This document shows, piece after piece, positions 1 through 11,414 of a stretch of 64,000 nucleotides of DNA. The stretch comes from Paramoeba atlantica (Eukaryota; Protista; Discosea): contig CDRNVI010000054.1 of the NCBI GenBank assembly GCA_977017575.1, forward strand, positions 248,001 to 312,000. Direction: 5' to 3'. A program made the position numbers and the translations under genes. The notes below the pieces were generated by a model, which was not told the DNA's origin, made no database searches, and saw nothing but the letters and a program-made list of their open reading frames with translations. Within the stretch, counting starts at the first letter, position 1; each line of letters opens with the position of its first letter.

Positions 1-8
1 ATGGGGGG

Positions 9-1124
9 GTGAGGGTGTGGGATAGCCGCGTGGGCGGGGGGGAGTGGGGGAAAAGTGCAGCGGTGGCGAGCTGGGACGTAAGGGGGGGCGGGGAACGGAG
101 GCGAGACGCGGGGGGGCTAGCGTTGGAGGGGGTACAGACCGTACAATATGGTATCGACCCGACGTACTTCTATGTAGGGACCTCTAGTGGGGTGGTGCAA
201 AAGTTTGACACCCGGGTAGGAAGTTCAGCAGTGGTCCCGTTGGCGAATTCAGCGGGTTGTCCGATCGGGTGCGTTTCTCAGATCGCTGCGCATAGTAAAG
301 CGATCACAGACATGCGTGTGTTCTGTGGGAAGGTTCCAGGGACCAGTACAGTGCTGCCACGGCTGCTTACGGTCGGGCTGGACCACCGGCTGTGTGTGTT
401 GGACACGGACAACGACCTCGCGTTGGTGTTTGCCCCTCCCCGGTTTGAGTCCCCACTGTGCGCGGTGGCGATTGCCCCTGGGGGTGTGGAGATGGCACTC
501 GGGATGCAGAATGGCACGTTACTCCGTCGGCCATTGGGAAACGCCTGTGAGGCTGACGAAGAGCGGGAGGAAGCTCAGGGAGCCGGGGGCATGCGGAAAA
601 AAGCAAAGCATTGGACGGATGCTCTGGCGTGGGAGGGAAAACAAGCCGCCTCGGGGGTGAAGGAAAAGGCGTATGACCGTTTGTTGCGTAGTTTCTCCCA
701 TCGCCAGGCTTTGTTGGAGGTATTGCGGCGGAGGAAGGAGAAAAATGTGCTGCGGAAGGAAAAGTCCGGACAGAGAACGAACCGTGCGCAATCGGCTGAG
801 GGGAATGAAGACATGGTGTATGTGATGTTGGAGGAATTATTTCGTCGCGGGGCGCTACGCATTGCTCTGGCGGGGTGGGATGAGGATGAGCTCTTGTTGC
901 TACTGGAGTATGCCAAAGGCAATGTTCGTCAGCGTGCGCAATCCACGCTCTTGCTTACTGTTCTGGAAGTAGTGAACGAGATTTACTGTGAAGAGCTTGT
1001 TCAGAGCACAAAACTTATGAGGGTCATGTTTCTATTGTTACAGGAACTGCAAAATCATACAAAGAACATATGTGAAATGGAGAGCGTGGCGGCTGCTTTG
1101 GATCTCGTTATGGAATCATCTTAG
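9..1124 (+). CDS. UTP15: U3 snoRNA-associated protein 15 (WD40 + UTP15 C-terminal domain), 5'-truncated by the window edge
   Basis: WD40-like segments (WDVR, KFDTR, AHSKAITD) followed by YDRLLRSFSHRQAL...MLEELFRRGALRIALAGWDEDEL, matching the UTP15 C-terminal consensus (YD..LR.F.Y..AL; EL..RG.L..AL.GRDE). The frame is open to the window start. Confidence 0.8.
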   Translation: MRVWDSRVGGGEWGKSAAVASWDVRGGGERRRDAGGLALEGVQTVQYGIDPTYFYVGTSSGVVQKFDTRVGSSAVVPLANSAGCPIGCVSQIAAHSKAITDMRVFCGKVPGTSTVLPRLLTVGLDHRLCVLDTDNDLALVFAPPRFESPLCAVAIAPGGVEMALGMQNGTLLRRPLGNACEADEEREEAQGAGGMRKKAKHWTDALAWEGKQAASGVKEKAYDRLLRSFSHRQALLEVLRRRKEKNVLRKEKSGQRTNRAQSAEGNEDMVYVMLEELFRRGALRIALAGWDEDELLLLLEYAKGNVRQRAQSTLLLTVLEVVNEIYCEELVQSTKLMRVMFLLLQELQNHTKNICEMESVAAALDLVMESS

Positions 1125-1246
1125 TTTTATGTGACGATCTTAGTGTTTTACAACACATTTTTTTTGATCTTGAATACCAAGCCCTTTGAGTAAAGGTTTT
1201 AATCGAAGGTAAAAGAGGTTCATTATTTTGGCGCAATGTTGTTCAA

Positions 1247-2017
1247 ATGATATTTTCTCCTTTTTTTGTTCTCGTTTTACGTTTTATCAACTACGATTTC
1301 TCCATACGAAGAGAAGTTCTCATGACCCTCCTCAGTTATTATCCGTCTGTCATCGTTGTTCGCACGGCAGAGTTCGACCCCCCTTCCCAACGCGCATCAA
1401 AGGTACGTGGAATGGCTTTGCCCCAGGAATATGACTTATCGCGTGTGGTCCGTGAAATTGAAAACCGGCACTCTACCTGGACGACAGACACCCCGGTGTG
1501 TGAGTGGGCGGGAGTGAGTTGCAACGATCTACAAACCAAGGCTTTTTTTATCAATTGGGTGCAAATCTACAACCTTTCTGGAGGTATTCACCTTGAATAT
1601 TCCCCTCCCAGTCTTATTCGTTTCTTCGTCTCATGGAATCAGCTTTCAGGAGAAGCCAACTTTGCGCATTTACCACCCATGCTAATGGAACTCGATCTCG
1701 CACACAATCACATGGTGGGGCGCCCAGATTTGACACAACTTCCCCAAACGATCAATGTTTTGCGACTGAATGACAACAGATTCAGCGGCGAGATCTGCCT
1801 AACCAAGCTCCCGCCGTACCTTACAAATCTTCTACTGGACCAAAACTCTTTCAGTGGTACTCCAGATTTGGAATTGTTACCTGTAACATTGCGGTACCTC
1901 CATTTGGACGGCAATAAATTTTCCGGCACTGCGAAGTTGAACCATCCACGGTTGACACTGGTCTACAGTGATAATGATGGGCTTGAGATTGAGTTCGACA
2001 GCGAAAGTACATTCTAA
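1247..2017 (+). CDS. Leucine-rich repeat protein (family member 1)
   Basis: LPQEYDL motif, W-x-C-x-W-x-GV-x-C cap, then LxxLxLxxNxFxG repeats (e.g. LPQTINVLRLNDNRFSG). Confidence 0.8.
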   Translation: MIFSPFFVLVLRFINYDFSIRREVLMTLLSYYPSVIVVRTAEFDPPSQRASKVRGMALPQEYDLSRVVREIENRHSTWTTDTPVCEWAGVSCNDLQTKAFFINWVQIYNLSGGIHLEYSPPSLIRFFVSWNQLSGEANFAHLPPMLMELDLAHNHMVGRPDLTQLPQTINVLRLNDNRFSGEICLTKLPPYLTNLLLDQNSFSGTPDLELLPVTLRYLHLDGNKFSGTAKLNHPRLTLVYSDNDGLEIEFDSESTF

Positions 2018-2274
2018 ATATCATCTAAAAATTAGAAAAAAATACTTTTAATACTTACACCATAGAGTACTTGATGTTCTTCGTACCGGTAAAATTAAAT
2101 TACTATGCTAGTTGTACGACCACACCACATCGCAACGTCGAAATCTACCTCGTGATTTCGGAGAGATTTAGAAACGTATTTTCCATTCAAGTGAGAGGGT
2201 GCGGGTATGATTTCGCGTGATCTCACGTGATCTCGTTTTGGGGATCCGCAAACCTCATGTATACATTGTATTGA

Positions 2275-4032
2275 TTGCACTTCCAGAAAATAGTGTTCGA
2301 ATTATTGAGAAGAATATCTTTTAAGGTTATTCAAGCCGTATTTTCTACGTACCGATTTCTTATGAAGATGTTTTTCATGTTGCAGGGTCGGGATGATCAG
2401 CCACCTCCTGCAAAGCGTCGGAAACAACACAGAGACATGCCGAGCAGCCGTGAGCCCAGCCGTACCGGGAAGATCCGTGGTGCCATTCTGCCGCAAGAGT
2501 ATGACCTAGAAAGACTTGTTGCGGATATATCGCCACGTCACTCATCCTGGACGGTAGCCATACCTGCATGTAAGTGGGAAGGGGTGACTTGCAATGAACA
2601 AGAGGAAGTGACAGAAATAAATTTGGACTTAGATTCATTTGACTCAAGCCTCAACGGAGAACTTAGCGGCCTATTGCACTTACAGCACCTTCCCAGAACC
2701 GTTTTGCGAACATCTGTAACAGCAAACTGCTTTTCGGGATCTGATATTCTGAATAATTTGCCTCCGGGTCTAAAGTATCTGGATATTAGTTTTAACGAAT
2801 TTACGGGTACTATAAACGTTTCTGACTTTCCTGTGACGATGAAGGAGATCAGTCTGGAAAGTAACCAATTCGAAGGCGGATTAGACTTGGGTAGCCTCCC
2901 GACAGATCTGCGCTCCTTGAATTTAAGTGAAAATTGTTTTTCAAGAAAAATAAATTTGAGCGAGTTACCCAAATATCTAAGGCATTTATATTTAAGTTCT
3001 AACGCGTTCACGGGCTGTACAGTTTCTCATCCGCGTATGACGTATTCAAGCAAAGATTACTCCGAGCTGGACTTGGACCTTCGCTTTCTCCCGGTTCAAA
3101 TAGAGACATTCGATGCCTCCTGCAATCTTTTTTCGGGGAAATTACTCCTCAATAATTTGCCGAACAGTCTTACACGCCTTTTAGTTCAGGAGAACGCCCT
3201 CGTAGGAACTTTGGATCTGGAGTTGCTTGATGAACAAGGACTTCAGGAAGCTAATTTTTCAGATAATCGTTTTAATGGTACGGTCGAACTCGATCAACTT
3301 CCCGACGACGTTGAATATTTTAAGGCAACGAATAACACATTTACGGGGAGTTTGAGCCTAGTTAACTTGCCGGCTAGACTATACCACTTGGATGTCAGCG
3401 GAAACATGTTTACTGGAGGGTTAGTTTTGACACATTTACCAACTGATATTGGAGAGATCAATCTTGCCTGTAACAATTTTACGGGAGTTCTCGATATGCG
3501 TTATGTACCTGGTTCACTCACACATCTCTATTTGAGTGACAATAAGTTATCTGGCTCATTGGGCATGATACCGGACTTGAATGCGCTAGATATTAGCAAA
3601 AATAAATTTTCTGGTCCGTTCAATTTTGAAGATATCACAGTGTCAATGATGAATTATTTGCGCATAAAACACAATAATTTTGAAGGGAATCTTGACCTCA
3701 GCGCGTTACCTAGGAATTGCATTGAATTCGATGCCAGCCACAATAAGTTTTCAGGGCACCTTCAGTTAAAAGGTATTCCGAAAGAACTTGAAATTCTAAA
3801 TCTGAGTCATAATTGTTTTACGGGTGTGCCCGATTTTCCATCTGTACCCGGTCGTCTTTCCGAGCTTAAGGTAAACGACAACTGCTTAGAGGGGGAAGTC
3901 CAGCTGGTGCTGCGCTCTACTTACTTGTCGGTTGTCTCTCTAAGAAATAATCCTGGGCTGCACGGGACCGTGAAAAAAGGAAAAAGTACACGAATTAGCC
4001 TTGAACAAACTGGTGTTGTAATAGTTGAGTGA
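2275..4032 (+). CDS. Leucine-rich repeat protein (family member 2, long); first ATG at 2362
   Basis: Same LPQEYDL and CKWEGVTC cap; roughly 18 LRR units of the form LPxxLxxLxLxxNxFxG. Confidence 0.85.
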   Translation: MHFQKIVFELLRRISFKVIQAVFSTYRFLMKMFFMLQGRDDQPPPAKRRKQHRDMPSSREPSRTGKIRGAILPQEYDLERLVADISPRHSSWTVAIPACKWEGVTCNEQEEVTEINLDLDSFDSSLNGELSGLLHLQHLPRTVLRTSVTANCFSGSDILNNLPPGLKYLDISFNEFTGTINVSDFPVTMKEISLESNQFEGGLDLGSLPTDLRSLNLSENCFSRKINLSELPKYLRHLYLSSNAFTGCTVSHPRMTYSSKDYSELDLDLRFLPVQIETFDASCNLFSGKLLLNNLPNSLTRLLVQENALVGTLDLELLDEQGLQEANFSDNRFNGTVELDQLPDDVEYFKATNNTFTGSLSLVNLPARLYHLDVSGNMFTGGLVLTHLPTDIGEINLACNNFTGVLDMRYVPGSLTHLYLSDNKLSGSLGMIPDLNALDISKNKFSGPFNFEDITVSMMNYLRIKHNNFEGNLDLSALPRNCIEFDASHNKFSGHLQLKGIPKELEILNLSHNCFTGVPDFPSVPGRLSELKVNDNCLEGEVQLVLRSTYLSVVSLRNNPGLHGTVKKGKSTRISLEQTGVVIVE

Positions 4033-4910
4033 CCAAAGGAAAGGAAAGATGGCCAAATGAAAAATGGTTTGTAATCCTCTATGTGGCCATGAACTGGAAA
4101 TCAAAACGTCAGTGATCGTCACACAGTGTTAACGGGTTAAGTTATAGCAAAACCCGCTTTTAAAAGATCTTTTTCTTCGGTTTTTTAGACTTTTGCGCAA
4201 AAATCTACGCTTTCCGCTTCTAGCCTTCAACTTAGGTCGAGCAGAAACTTTGACTTCTTTTGATTTGGTCCTTCGAGCTCGAAAACAAGTCGGACCAATA
4301 TACTACATGAATATTGGATATACTACATGTACCGTGCTGAACATAATTACGCCCGTACTTAATTATGTCCAAACTTAATTAAGCCCAAATAGGTTGGCCA
4401 AGATGCGAGCGATCCTCGTCCGATGCCCTCTCCCCTCCAGGGATAGGCATACCTATGTGTTCTATGAACACTTTTTTTTGTTCATTGAACACATAGAACG
4501 CATTGAACACTTTTTGGGGAGGTATACATCCCACGAACATGTTGAATATTTTTCATAAACCTTTTTTGTTTTTGCGCATATCCAAGTGATTACACATGCC
4601 CTAGCTATGTAGTATAAGAATACCGCGGTATGAGGTTCTCTCTTAGTACGCGTGGCAGCTTTTTTTGTACTCGCCGAACGTAATGCATTTCTTATTTCAA
4701 AATATTTTTATTGTTGTTGTTGTTGTAAAAAACTATTGTTTCCCGCATTTAGTCGAGCAGATCTATTACCCTGAACAATTTCTAATGAGAGGACTAGGTC
4801 CCACAGGAACCTTTCGTGCCCGTCGAAGAAAAATGGGGAACCACTCCAATCGATTACATGGAGAACCAATCCAAATACAAAACTAAATCCAATATCCAAT
4901 TTCTTTTTTA

Positions 4911-5005
4911 GGCTCTTCGTTAAACGCGGTGGTTGTTTTCAACTTAGAAGTCACTCATGCTGCGCACTTCGCGTTGAAAACTACCACCGCGGTTAACGAA
5001 GAGCC
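4911..5005. repeat. 95-bp palindromic element, copy H1
   Basis: GGCTCTTCGTTAAACGCGGTGGTTGTTTTCAAC-loop-GTTGAAAACTACCACCGCGGTTAACGAAGAGCC, TA on both sides. Confidence 0.9.
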
Positions 5006-5351
5006 TAAAATAGAAAAATTGCCAAAAGATCATGAATAATCTACTTTTTTAGGTAAAAAAGCCCGAACTTTAAGCGAAAATTTCGAAATTTCAACCCGGA
5101 TTTTGGCCGTTTTTGATGCCTTACCAGTAGGGGTAGGAGGCGAATCTAACGAAAACAACGCCGTAGAATGGTAGCTGAGGTCCAAAACTCTTAAAATACG
5201 TTTTAGGAGTCGATTTTGGAAAAATATATTTTTACCTTTTTTTATCAAAAGTATGCCCTTCCCCCTGGACCCCCCATTTTTTTTAATATTTTTTTTCTGT
5301 TTTGGACCACCGGAGCTCTCTTTTATATGAAACGTTTTTTTTCTTCTATTA

Positions 5352-6148
5352 AACCCCTCCGCACCAATAAGGCACCCACCCTTAACTTTTCAGCCAATTG
5401 TCCGTTTGGACTGATTTTTGTTGCATTTTGCAGATCCCAACACAAAGACTTTGCGCGCGAAGAAATGAGACAAAAAGAAACGAATACGTATATTTTAGGT
5501 AGAGATTACCATTTTGTCACTTTTTCTCCGCTACTCGCCACACAAGCTTCGAGGCGAGCATCGAAGCTCTAAACCGAATCATCAATATATTCTTGAGGCA
5601 ATTTACGCCAAGCTTTACGTACGCTTTTTATGAGATCTTCTCTAGTTGCAGGATTGTATTCATCTACAAGATTTTGTACCATGCTCCACACGTTTTCTAT
5701 TGGTGAGAGATCGTGGGAGTTGAGCGGACAATTTTTCAATAATTTCATGCTGCCGTCCTCAAGGTACGCTTTTGTTTCCTTGGCAGTCTAAGGCGTTGCC
5801 CCATCTTGCTGAAAAATACAGTTTGAGGGGAACGGTACTTTTTTTAATGTTTTAACGTACGAAACACATGTAATTGAGATGGGTGGGAGAACAACAAGGT
5901 GTCATTTGATTCTGTTTTTTACTTCAGGGCTCAGAGTATAAATATTTTCAGGCGAATTGTTTTTCAAATATTTTCGAATATGTTTCACATTGACATTAAA
6001 CTCGCGGGCTACTTGCCTTATCGCAACCCCTTGGCCAAGCCTCATGCGCAATAACACCTTTCCACTTTCTGTAAGACCAACCCTGGGGAGTCGATAGCCC
6101 CCCTCGTGCAAAAAATAAGGGTGGGTGCCTTTTTGATGCGGAGGGGTT
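5352..6148 (-). mobile_element. Internally deleted Tc1/mariner element
   Basis: 33-bp TIRs (AACCCCTCCGCACCAATAAGGCACCCACCCTTA, 2 mismatches) and TA TSD. Minus strand gives an HTH (IRQVAREFNV, 5902-6111) and the Tc1 C-terminal motif PLNSHDLSPIENVW. Removing it restores the ttcttctatTAtattactgtg sequence seen uninterrupted near 26500. Confidence 0.85.
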
Positions 6149-6506
6149 TATATTACTGTGTTTCTCTTTATATTTTCACTGTTTTTGTTCACCTTTTTTC
6201 AATAATCGAGGGTAGAGTGGTAGTTATACAACCACCGCAATAAGACCGACTTAAAGTCGGTTGAAAAGCTTAACACTTTCACCTTGAAAGCTTTCATCTA
6301 TGACTTCCAAGTTCAGAGTTTATATGTGTCTGATACGGTATAAACAAACAATATTTTTCCCATAACCTACAAATATTCCTCAAGGTATTCCAAGTTTGCA
6401 AAGATACAATTCCATCAGTTCTTTCCTTACTTAGACGGTTTTCTATTACCGCCAGTTCTCGCAACCTTACCTCGAAGCACACTTCGTACCTCAGCTTCGC
6501 GCTTGG

Positions 6507-6854
6507 ATGCAGGAATGTCTCGCGCTGGCCCATTTCCAAACTTTGGTTTTGGGGAAATCGATTCCGGAGCATCATTTTACTTTGAAGTTAGTAAGAAGGC
6601 GCATTAACGCTTTAAACCGTGATCCAAAATGTTTGTACGAAGTGAGCCCTCTGCCGTATGCCGCTCGGATGGATCTTCAGGAGTGGACCCAAAGTATGAT
6701 CCACAACACGCCCATTTACCCTCCCCCACGCCCCGATACGGTCCCGCACTCCCGTACACTTTTTACAGATGTTTCGTCGCACGGGTGGGGAGCGGTGTTG
6801 TATTTGGATCATGGACAGGTTGTGATCGCAAGTGAAAAAGTGACAAAATGTTAG
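6507..6854 (+). pseudogene. RNase H fragment of a DIRS-like (VIPER/TATE-type) retroelement
   Basis: LQEW...NTP...TLFTDVSSHGWGAVL resembles the DIRS RNase H motif FTDASxxGWGAV; no RT or recombinase seen. Confidence 0.55.
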
Positions 6855-8606
6855 TTCTTCTCTAAAATATACGTATTCGCTTCTTTTTGTTTCGTTTCTT
6901 CACGCTCAAAGTCTTTTGTGTTGAGATCTGCAAAATGCTACAAAAATCAGCTCAAACGGACGCTTGTACGAAGAAAAAAAGTGTGGGTCACTTTTCATTG
7001 GGTTTCACAAAAAGTGAAAGGGGACTTTTTTCCCCAAAGTAAAAATTTGAATTTTTTTCCTCATCTTTGTTGTCGTCATTTCCACAAAACATTCTTTTTG
7101 CACTGTGAATACATTATATGCATTAAAACCGTTCGTGTGCCGAATTGATTAAACGCCTAACACGTGTTCGGACCAGCCTAACTGGGGGTTGGGGCCCCTT
7201 CGTGGTCCCCCTTGACGCTGGAATCATATCGATGGCACAGATTCGCACCACCTATTCTGCAATGTACCTACATGTACGTGAGGATCTAGGTCGTGTAGTA
7301 CCATCTGGGGCCATATGAATGAAACAAAGCTTCAAAAAAAATTGTTTGTACGTCACGAAAAAAAATCGAAAAAGTGTTCTATTGGTTCATAAAAGTGTTC
7401 ATTGAACCATAGAACCACTGAACACAGACAAGTGTTCATAGAACACATAGGTATGGATAGGGCACCGGGGGGTGATCGCGGAAAATATGTGGGTAAAAAA
7501 TATTTTAGAAAAATTCTATAGGATTTCTGAAAAATCTTCTCATTTCAATAGTAAATTAAGTAGCGTCTGGACATCAATCTCTTCTTCACTTTCAGATAGT
7601 GTTTCGTCTTGACGAAACCTCATCAAGAACTGCCTTCGGAATCGTAAAATTATCCACAAAAATTGGAAAATTCTTTTTTAATGGATTTAAAAAACACTTT
7701 TTCGAACATAACGTTCATTACGCCCAAACTTAAATAAGCCCAGAATCTGCCTTTGGGCTTAATTAAGTTTGGGCGTAATTAAGTTTAGACCTGTATACTA
7801 CATGTGAGGGGCTGCGGGTGAGGTCCAAAACGAGATCACGTGAGATCACGCGAGATCTCACGGGAACTGATTCGGCTCGCGAGGGTGGTTGGACGGGGGG
7901 AGGGGGTGTTAGGACCGGTAGGGGGTGGCACGGCGGGGTGAGGGTAGTTGAGCGGGCGCGGATGGCATAGTTGCAGGGTGCGCTGGACAGAAAATCAACG
8001 CACTCATCAGTAAAAGAGGCCTTTGCACACCCAAAAAGCATACCCCCCCATTAGCGAAAAACAAATAATTGCAACACCATCACAAACTACAACCAACATT
8101 AATTCGAAAAAGCATCACTCCAGTTTCTTTGTAGATTTTCGGGGCTTTTTGGGATCGTATGGAACATGGTGAATCACTGATGTAAGATGTTCGCGATATG
8201 GTTTTACAGCAGGGACAACAATGCTACATAAACATTCAGATTCCTTTACATTTTTTAGGTTTAAATTCACGGACGGATCAAAATCATACTGAGGATCTGT
8301 AGCTAACAACCCATAGCATGCAGCCGAAACTATTTGCACGGCGGACTTGACCCACTTCATCTTATGATCCGTACCTTGAAAAAAAACGAACTTTGTCGAT
8401 AAATGAAAAAAATCTTTCTATACGTGATCGAATCATGGAGTGACGTCGATTGAACATCTCTTCATTTTCTGTTAAAGATTTTTTCGATGACAATTTGTGG
8501 GGCACAAGGCAGTGATAGCATCCTACATACCCCGGATCTGCCAGAAACAGTTCGTCAACATTATGGTCGAATAGAGTAGTCTGGTGTTAGGAGGTTGTCT
8601 GATATA

Positions 8607-10081
8607 CCGATCGAGCAAAAAATTTGACATTTTTTTAATTTGGTCCTTCGAGCTCGAAAAAAAAGTCGGACCAATATTTATGTGGACCAAATTTATTGGG
8701 ACCAATTTTTTCGTGCAATGAAACTAGAAAAATATTTTCCTATTTAAATTATTTGATGCTATTATCGTACTTTATCATATTAATACACGCACAATGGTAG
8801 TCATTTGGTACTTTAAAATATTAAGAATTTTTGTTTCATTGATATTTTAAATGTTGATTTAGAGGGTTGAAACCAGTAAAATGCAAACCCGGGCAAACCC
8901 AGTCAGGTCCCAAGAGAAACCAATGGCAAAGGTACTTGTCGTTTTTTCGGCTATGGAGTTCGCTGGAGAATCCGGGTGGGGGGTCTAGGGGACTCCAGGG
9001 GGATATATGGAATATGAGAAAAAACAGATAAACAAATCAAATTTCCGCAAGGGGGAAGATATCTTGAAACCCCTGTATAATATAGAAAATTAGCACACAA
9101 CCTCGGCAAACCCAGGTGGTTTCAGCCCTCTTACTTCTTCCTTCGGCAGATGCTAACACTGTAACGGTGCATCCAATACGAGATTTTGCAATCTGAATGG
9201 GAACTCCTTTTTTGTGACGGATCCATGTCCAAGAACGATTGTTGTTATCTAGTGTACAAAAGAACTCGTCCATATTGAAAAGCAATTCCGGTTTGATGAT
9301 ACTGTACCGAGATAACTCACGAAACCACGGTTGTCCAGCAATGCACACTTGGTCAGGTGAAACACGCCTATCTGAGGTAGCTGCATGGACACTGAAGTTA
9401 TGTTCGTGAAAAAAAGTGCGGGCCCAAGATTCACTTACGGCAATGGGGCCACCGTTCTCTTTTAGAAGATTCTTTCGTGTTCGAGCAATGAGGCCTTTGG
9501 CCATTTCTGAAACGAATGAAGCGCTAACACTTTTACACATCTTATTCTGCAATTCAAAACTTTTAATAAGTTCTTTTTCTTCGATTGCAGTGAGAATTCC
9601 TGGCCTCCCTCGAGGTTTGATATCGTTATTGGACTTTTCGTTTTCCAGAAAACGAAGGAGCGTACTTTTAGATATTGTTTTGCTTTATGTGCTGTTCCAG
9701 AAGCTCACAACACTTGCGACCTTTCGTGTGACACACAATTCATAAATTGCTTTAACTTCAGCCTCAGTATATTTGGTATAGTGATTCCGATTCGAGTTAT
9801 GATTGTTAACGAGGTCAACAACGTGCGCAGGGTAAACATCTTGATCAAGGATTTGCTGCACCCATTCAAAAGACAGACATTCCAAGAAAACAAAAAAAGA
9901 AGTGTCGCTTGAAAAAAGCAAAATTTTCTAATGACTAGTTCTGAACTTTAAAAATGACCGACAATAAAATCAAAAAGTATTTTGGTCCGCCGCGGAAGGA
10001 AAAATAAAGTCGGACCAATATTTATGTGGACCAAATTTATTGGGGACAAATAAAAGTGGACCAAATTTTCTGCTCGACGGG
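8607..10081 (-). mobile_element. pogo/Tigger-like DNA transposon with frameshifted, truncated transposase
   Basis: TIRs CC(G/C)(A/G)TCGAGCA(A/G)AAAATTTG, TA TSD at 8605-06 and 10082-83. Minus-strand pieces 9685-9921 (YTEAEVKAIYEL, HTH-like) and 9037-9552 (SESWARTFF...LLFNMDE, Tc5-HTH plus start of DDE_1). Confidence 0.75.
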
Positions 10082-10300
10082 TATCTTGGCGTCGTGTATA
10101 CTTCCAGCAACGGGCCACCGAAAAAAATGGGAACTCCAGTAAGAGTAGTCCAAAACTTTATAACAGTTTTTTCTGTGTTTTCCGGAAAATGTCGCATCTT
10201 TAATTTTCCAATTTTTTTCCTCGGCATCCCACACCCTTCGTGGATATTTTTCTCTGCATGAAATGACCGTAACATCTACCGTACATGTTACGGTAGATGT

Positions 10301-10856
10301 CCAATTTTGGAAAACGATAGCGCATTCGAGCGCTCTCGAACAGGGATCATGAACGTAACATGACCGAACTAGGCACAAGGGGGTATTGCTCCCTAGACAA
10401 AGATTTTCAGGGGTCTTGAAACGCTGCTTCGATCGCAATGATCAAATCCGCACGATTCCGAGGGACTCAACCATTTTTGAAGTCGCCCACTATGGAACAT
10501 GAATTTTCAGAGCGAAAAAGAGTGTGTTGTTTCGTAATCGGCAACAAGAACCATGCGCCAGCTTGCTTTTACGTGCCCAGGCGAAGAATAAGCCCTTTCG
10601 TAGTCTTTGTGTTCGGGTGATCGCCCACAACCCCGTCTTTGTAGCATGAATCAGGGGAGAAATCAGAAAACCTGTGAAAAATGCAAGATTTTGTCTCCCA
10701 AAAAAATGAGTTTTTTACGTGCACTTGAAATCTAATTAACGCAGATGCCGTGCGTGCACGTTCATGAGCCCCGTTCGAGTGCTCTCGAATGCGCTATTAT
10801 TTTCCAAAATTGGCCATGTTTTACACCCCCCCCCCACACCCAAATTTACACCTCTT
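10301..10856. mobile_element. Tc1-derived MITE, left end truncated; relative of 32298-32772 in reverse orientation
   Basis: Near-continuous reverse-complement match to 32298-32772 plus about 120 bp of extra sequence encoding a Tc1-like C-terminal remnant (PRNRADLIIAIEAAF). Confidence 0.75.
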
Positions 10857-10930
10857 TACGTTTGAGTACATCTTACATGAAAAACAATTCCGCAATGATT
10901 GCAAACCGCATGACGACGTTGTTTCTCACC

Positions 10931-11414
10931 ATCTTTTAAAAAGGAGTTCGGCTCCTGGCGCACATCACATTCTCGGTGGCAAACCTTAGCGGGATAAGTG
11001 TTTGTATTGGTGACAGTACAGGTTTCGTAGCTAAAGTGGTGCCGGAGGTCTCCTTACTTTAACGGATCCTCGACGTTGTCGCTTCGACGATCAGAAGGAG
11101 ACGCGTTCTGCCTTTGTAAGTTACTGCGTGACGTGTTGGTTCCCGCGGTTAAAGAAGCTTAGCTTGGCTCCGAATCAATACGCTCTTCCAGGATCGCTAC
11201 AACCTCCTCAGCTTTGCGGCGTTTTTTTTTTCGAGAGGTTCTAGGAGTTTGGGAAATCTGGGAGGGCTGTGAATGTACGTAAGAACGTACGTTTATCTTT
11301 CAAAAATGAGTTCGGTTCCTGGCGCACATTACATTCTCGTTGGCAAACTTTAGCGGGATAAGTGTTTGTATTGGTGAAAGTACAGGTTTCGTAGCTAAAG
11401 TGGTGCCGGAGGTC
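10931..11414. repeat. 120-bp direct repeat pair (10931-11050 and 11295-11414)
   Basis: Both copies read ...GAGTTCGG(C/T)TCCTGGCGCACAT(C/T)ACATTCTCG...GCCGGAGGTC with few substitutions, 364 bp apart. Confidence 0.85.

Larger units (their letters stand above)
4448..7455. mobile_element. Unclassified DNA transposon-like element: perfect 26-bp TIRs and 6-bp TSD
   Basis: 4448-4473 CATACCTATGTGTTCTATGAACACTT is the exact reverse complement of 7430-7455; flanking direct repeat GATAGG at 4442-4447 and 7456-7461; subterminal GTTCATTGAAC/CATAGAAC repeats at both ends. Confidence 0.75.
4332..7793. mobile_element. TA-flanked TIR element (Tc1/pogo-type ends), host of further insertions
   Basis: Left CCGTGCTGAACATAATTACGCCC vs right (revcomp) CAGGTCTAAACTTAATTACGCCC, 18/23 match; TA at 4330-31 and 7794-95; inverted subterminal AACTTAATTAAGCCCAAA copies. 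Confidence 0.55.

Noticed and set aside
8115-8360. 81-aa minus-strand ORF inside element 7801-11579
   Set aside because: No recognisable motif; too short to support as a gene.
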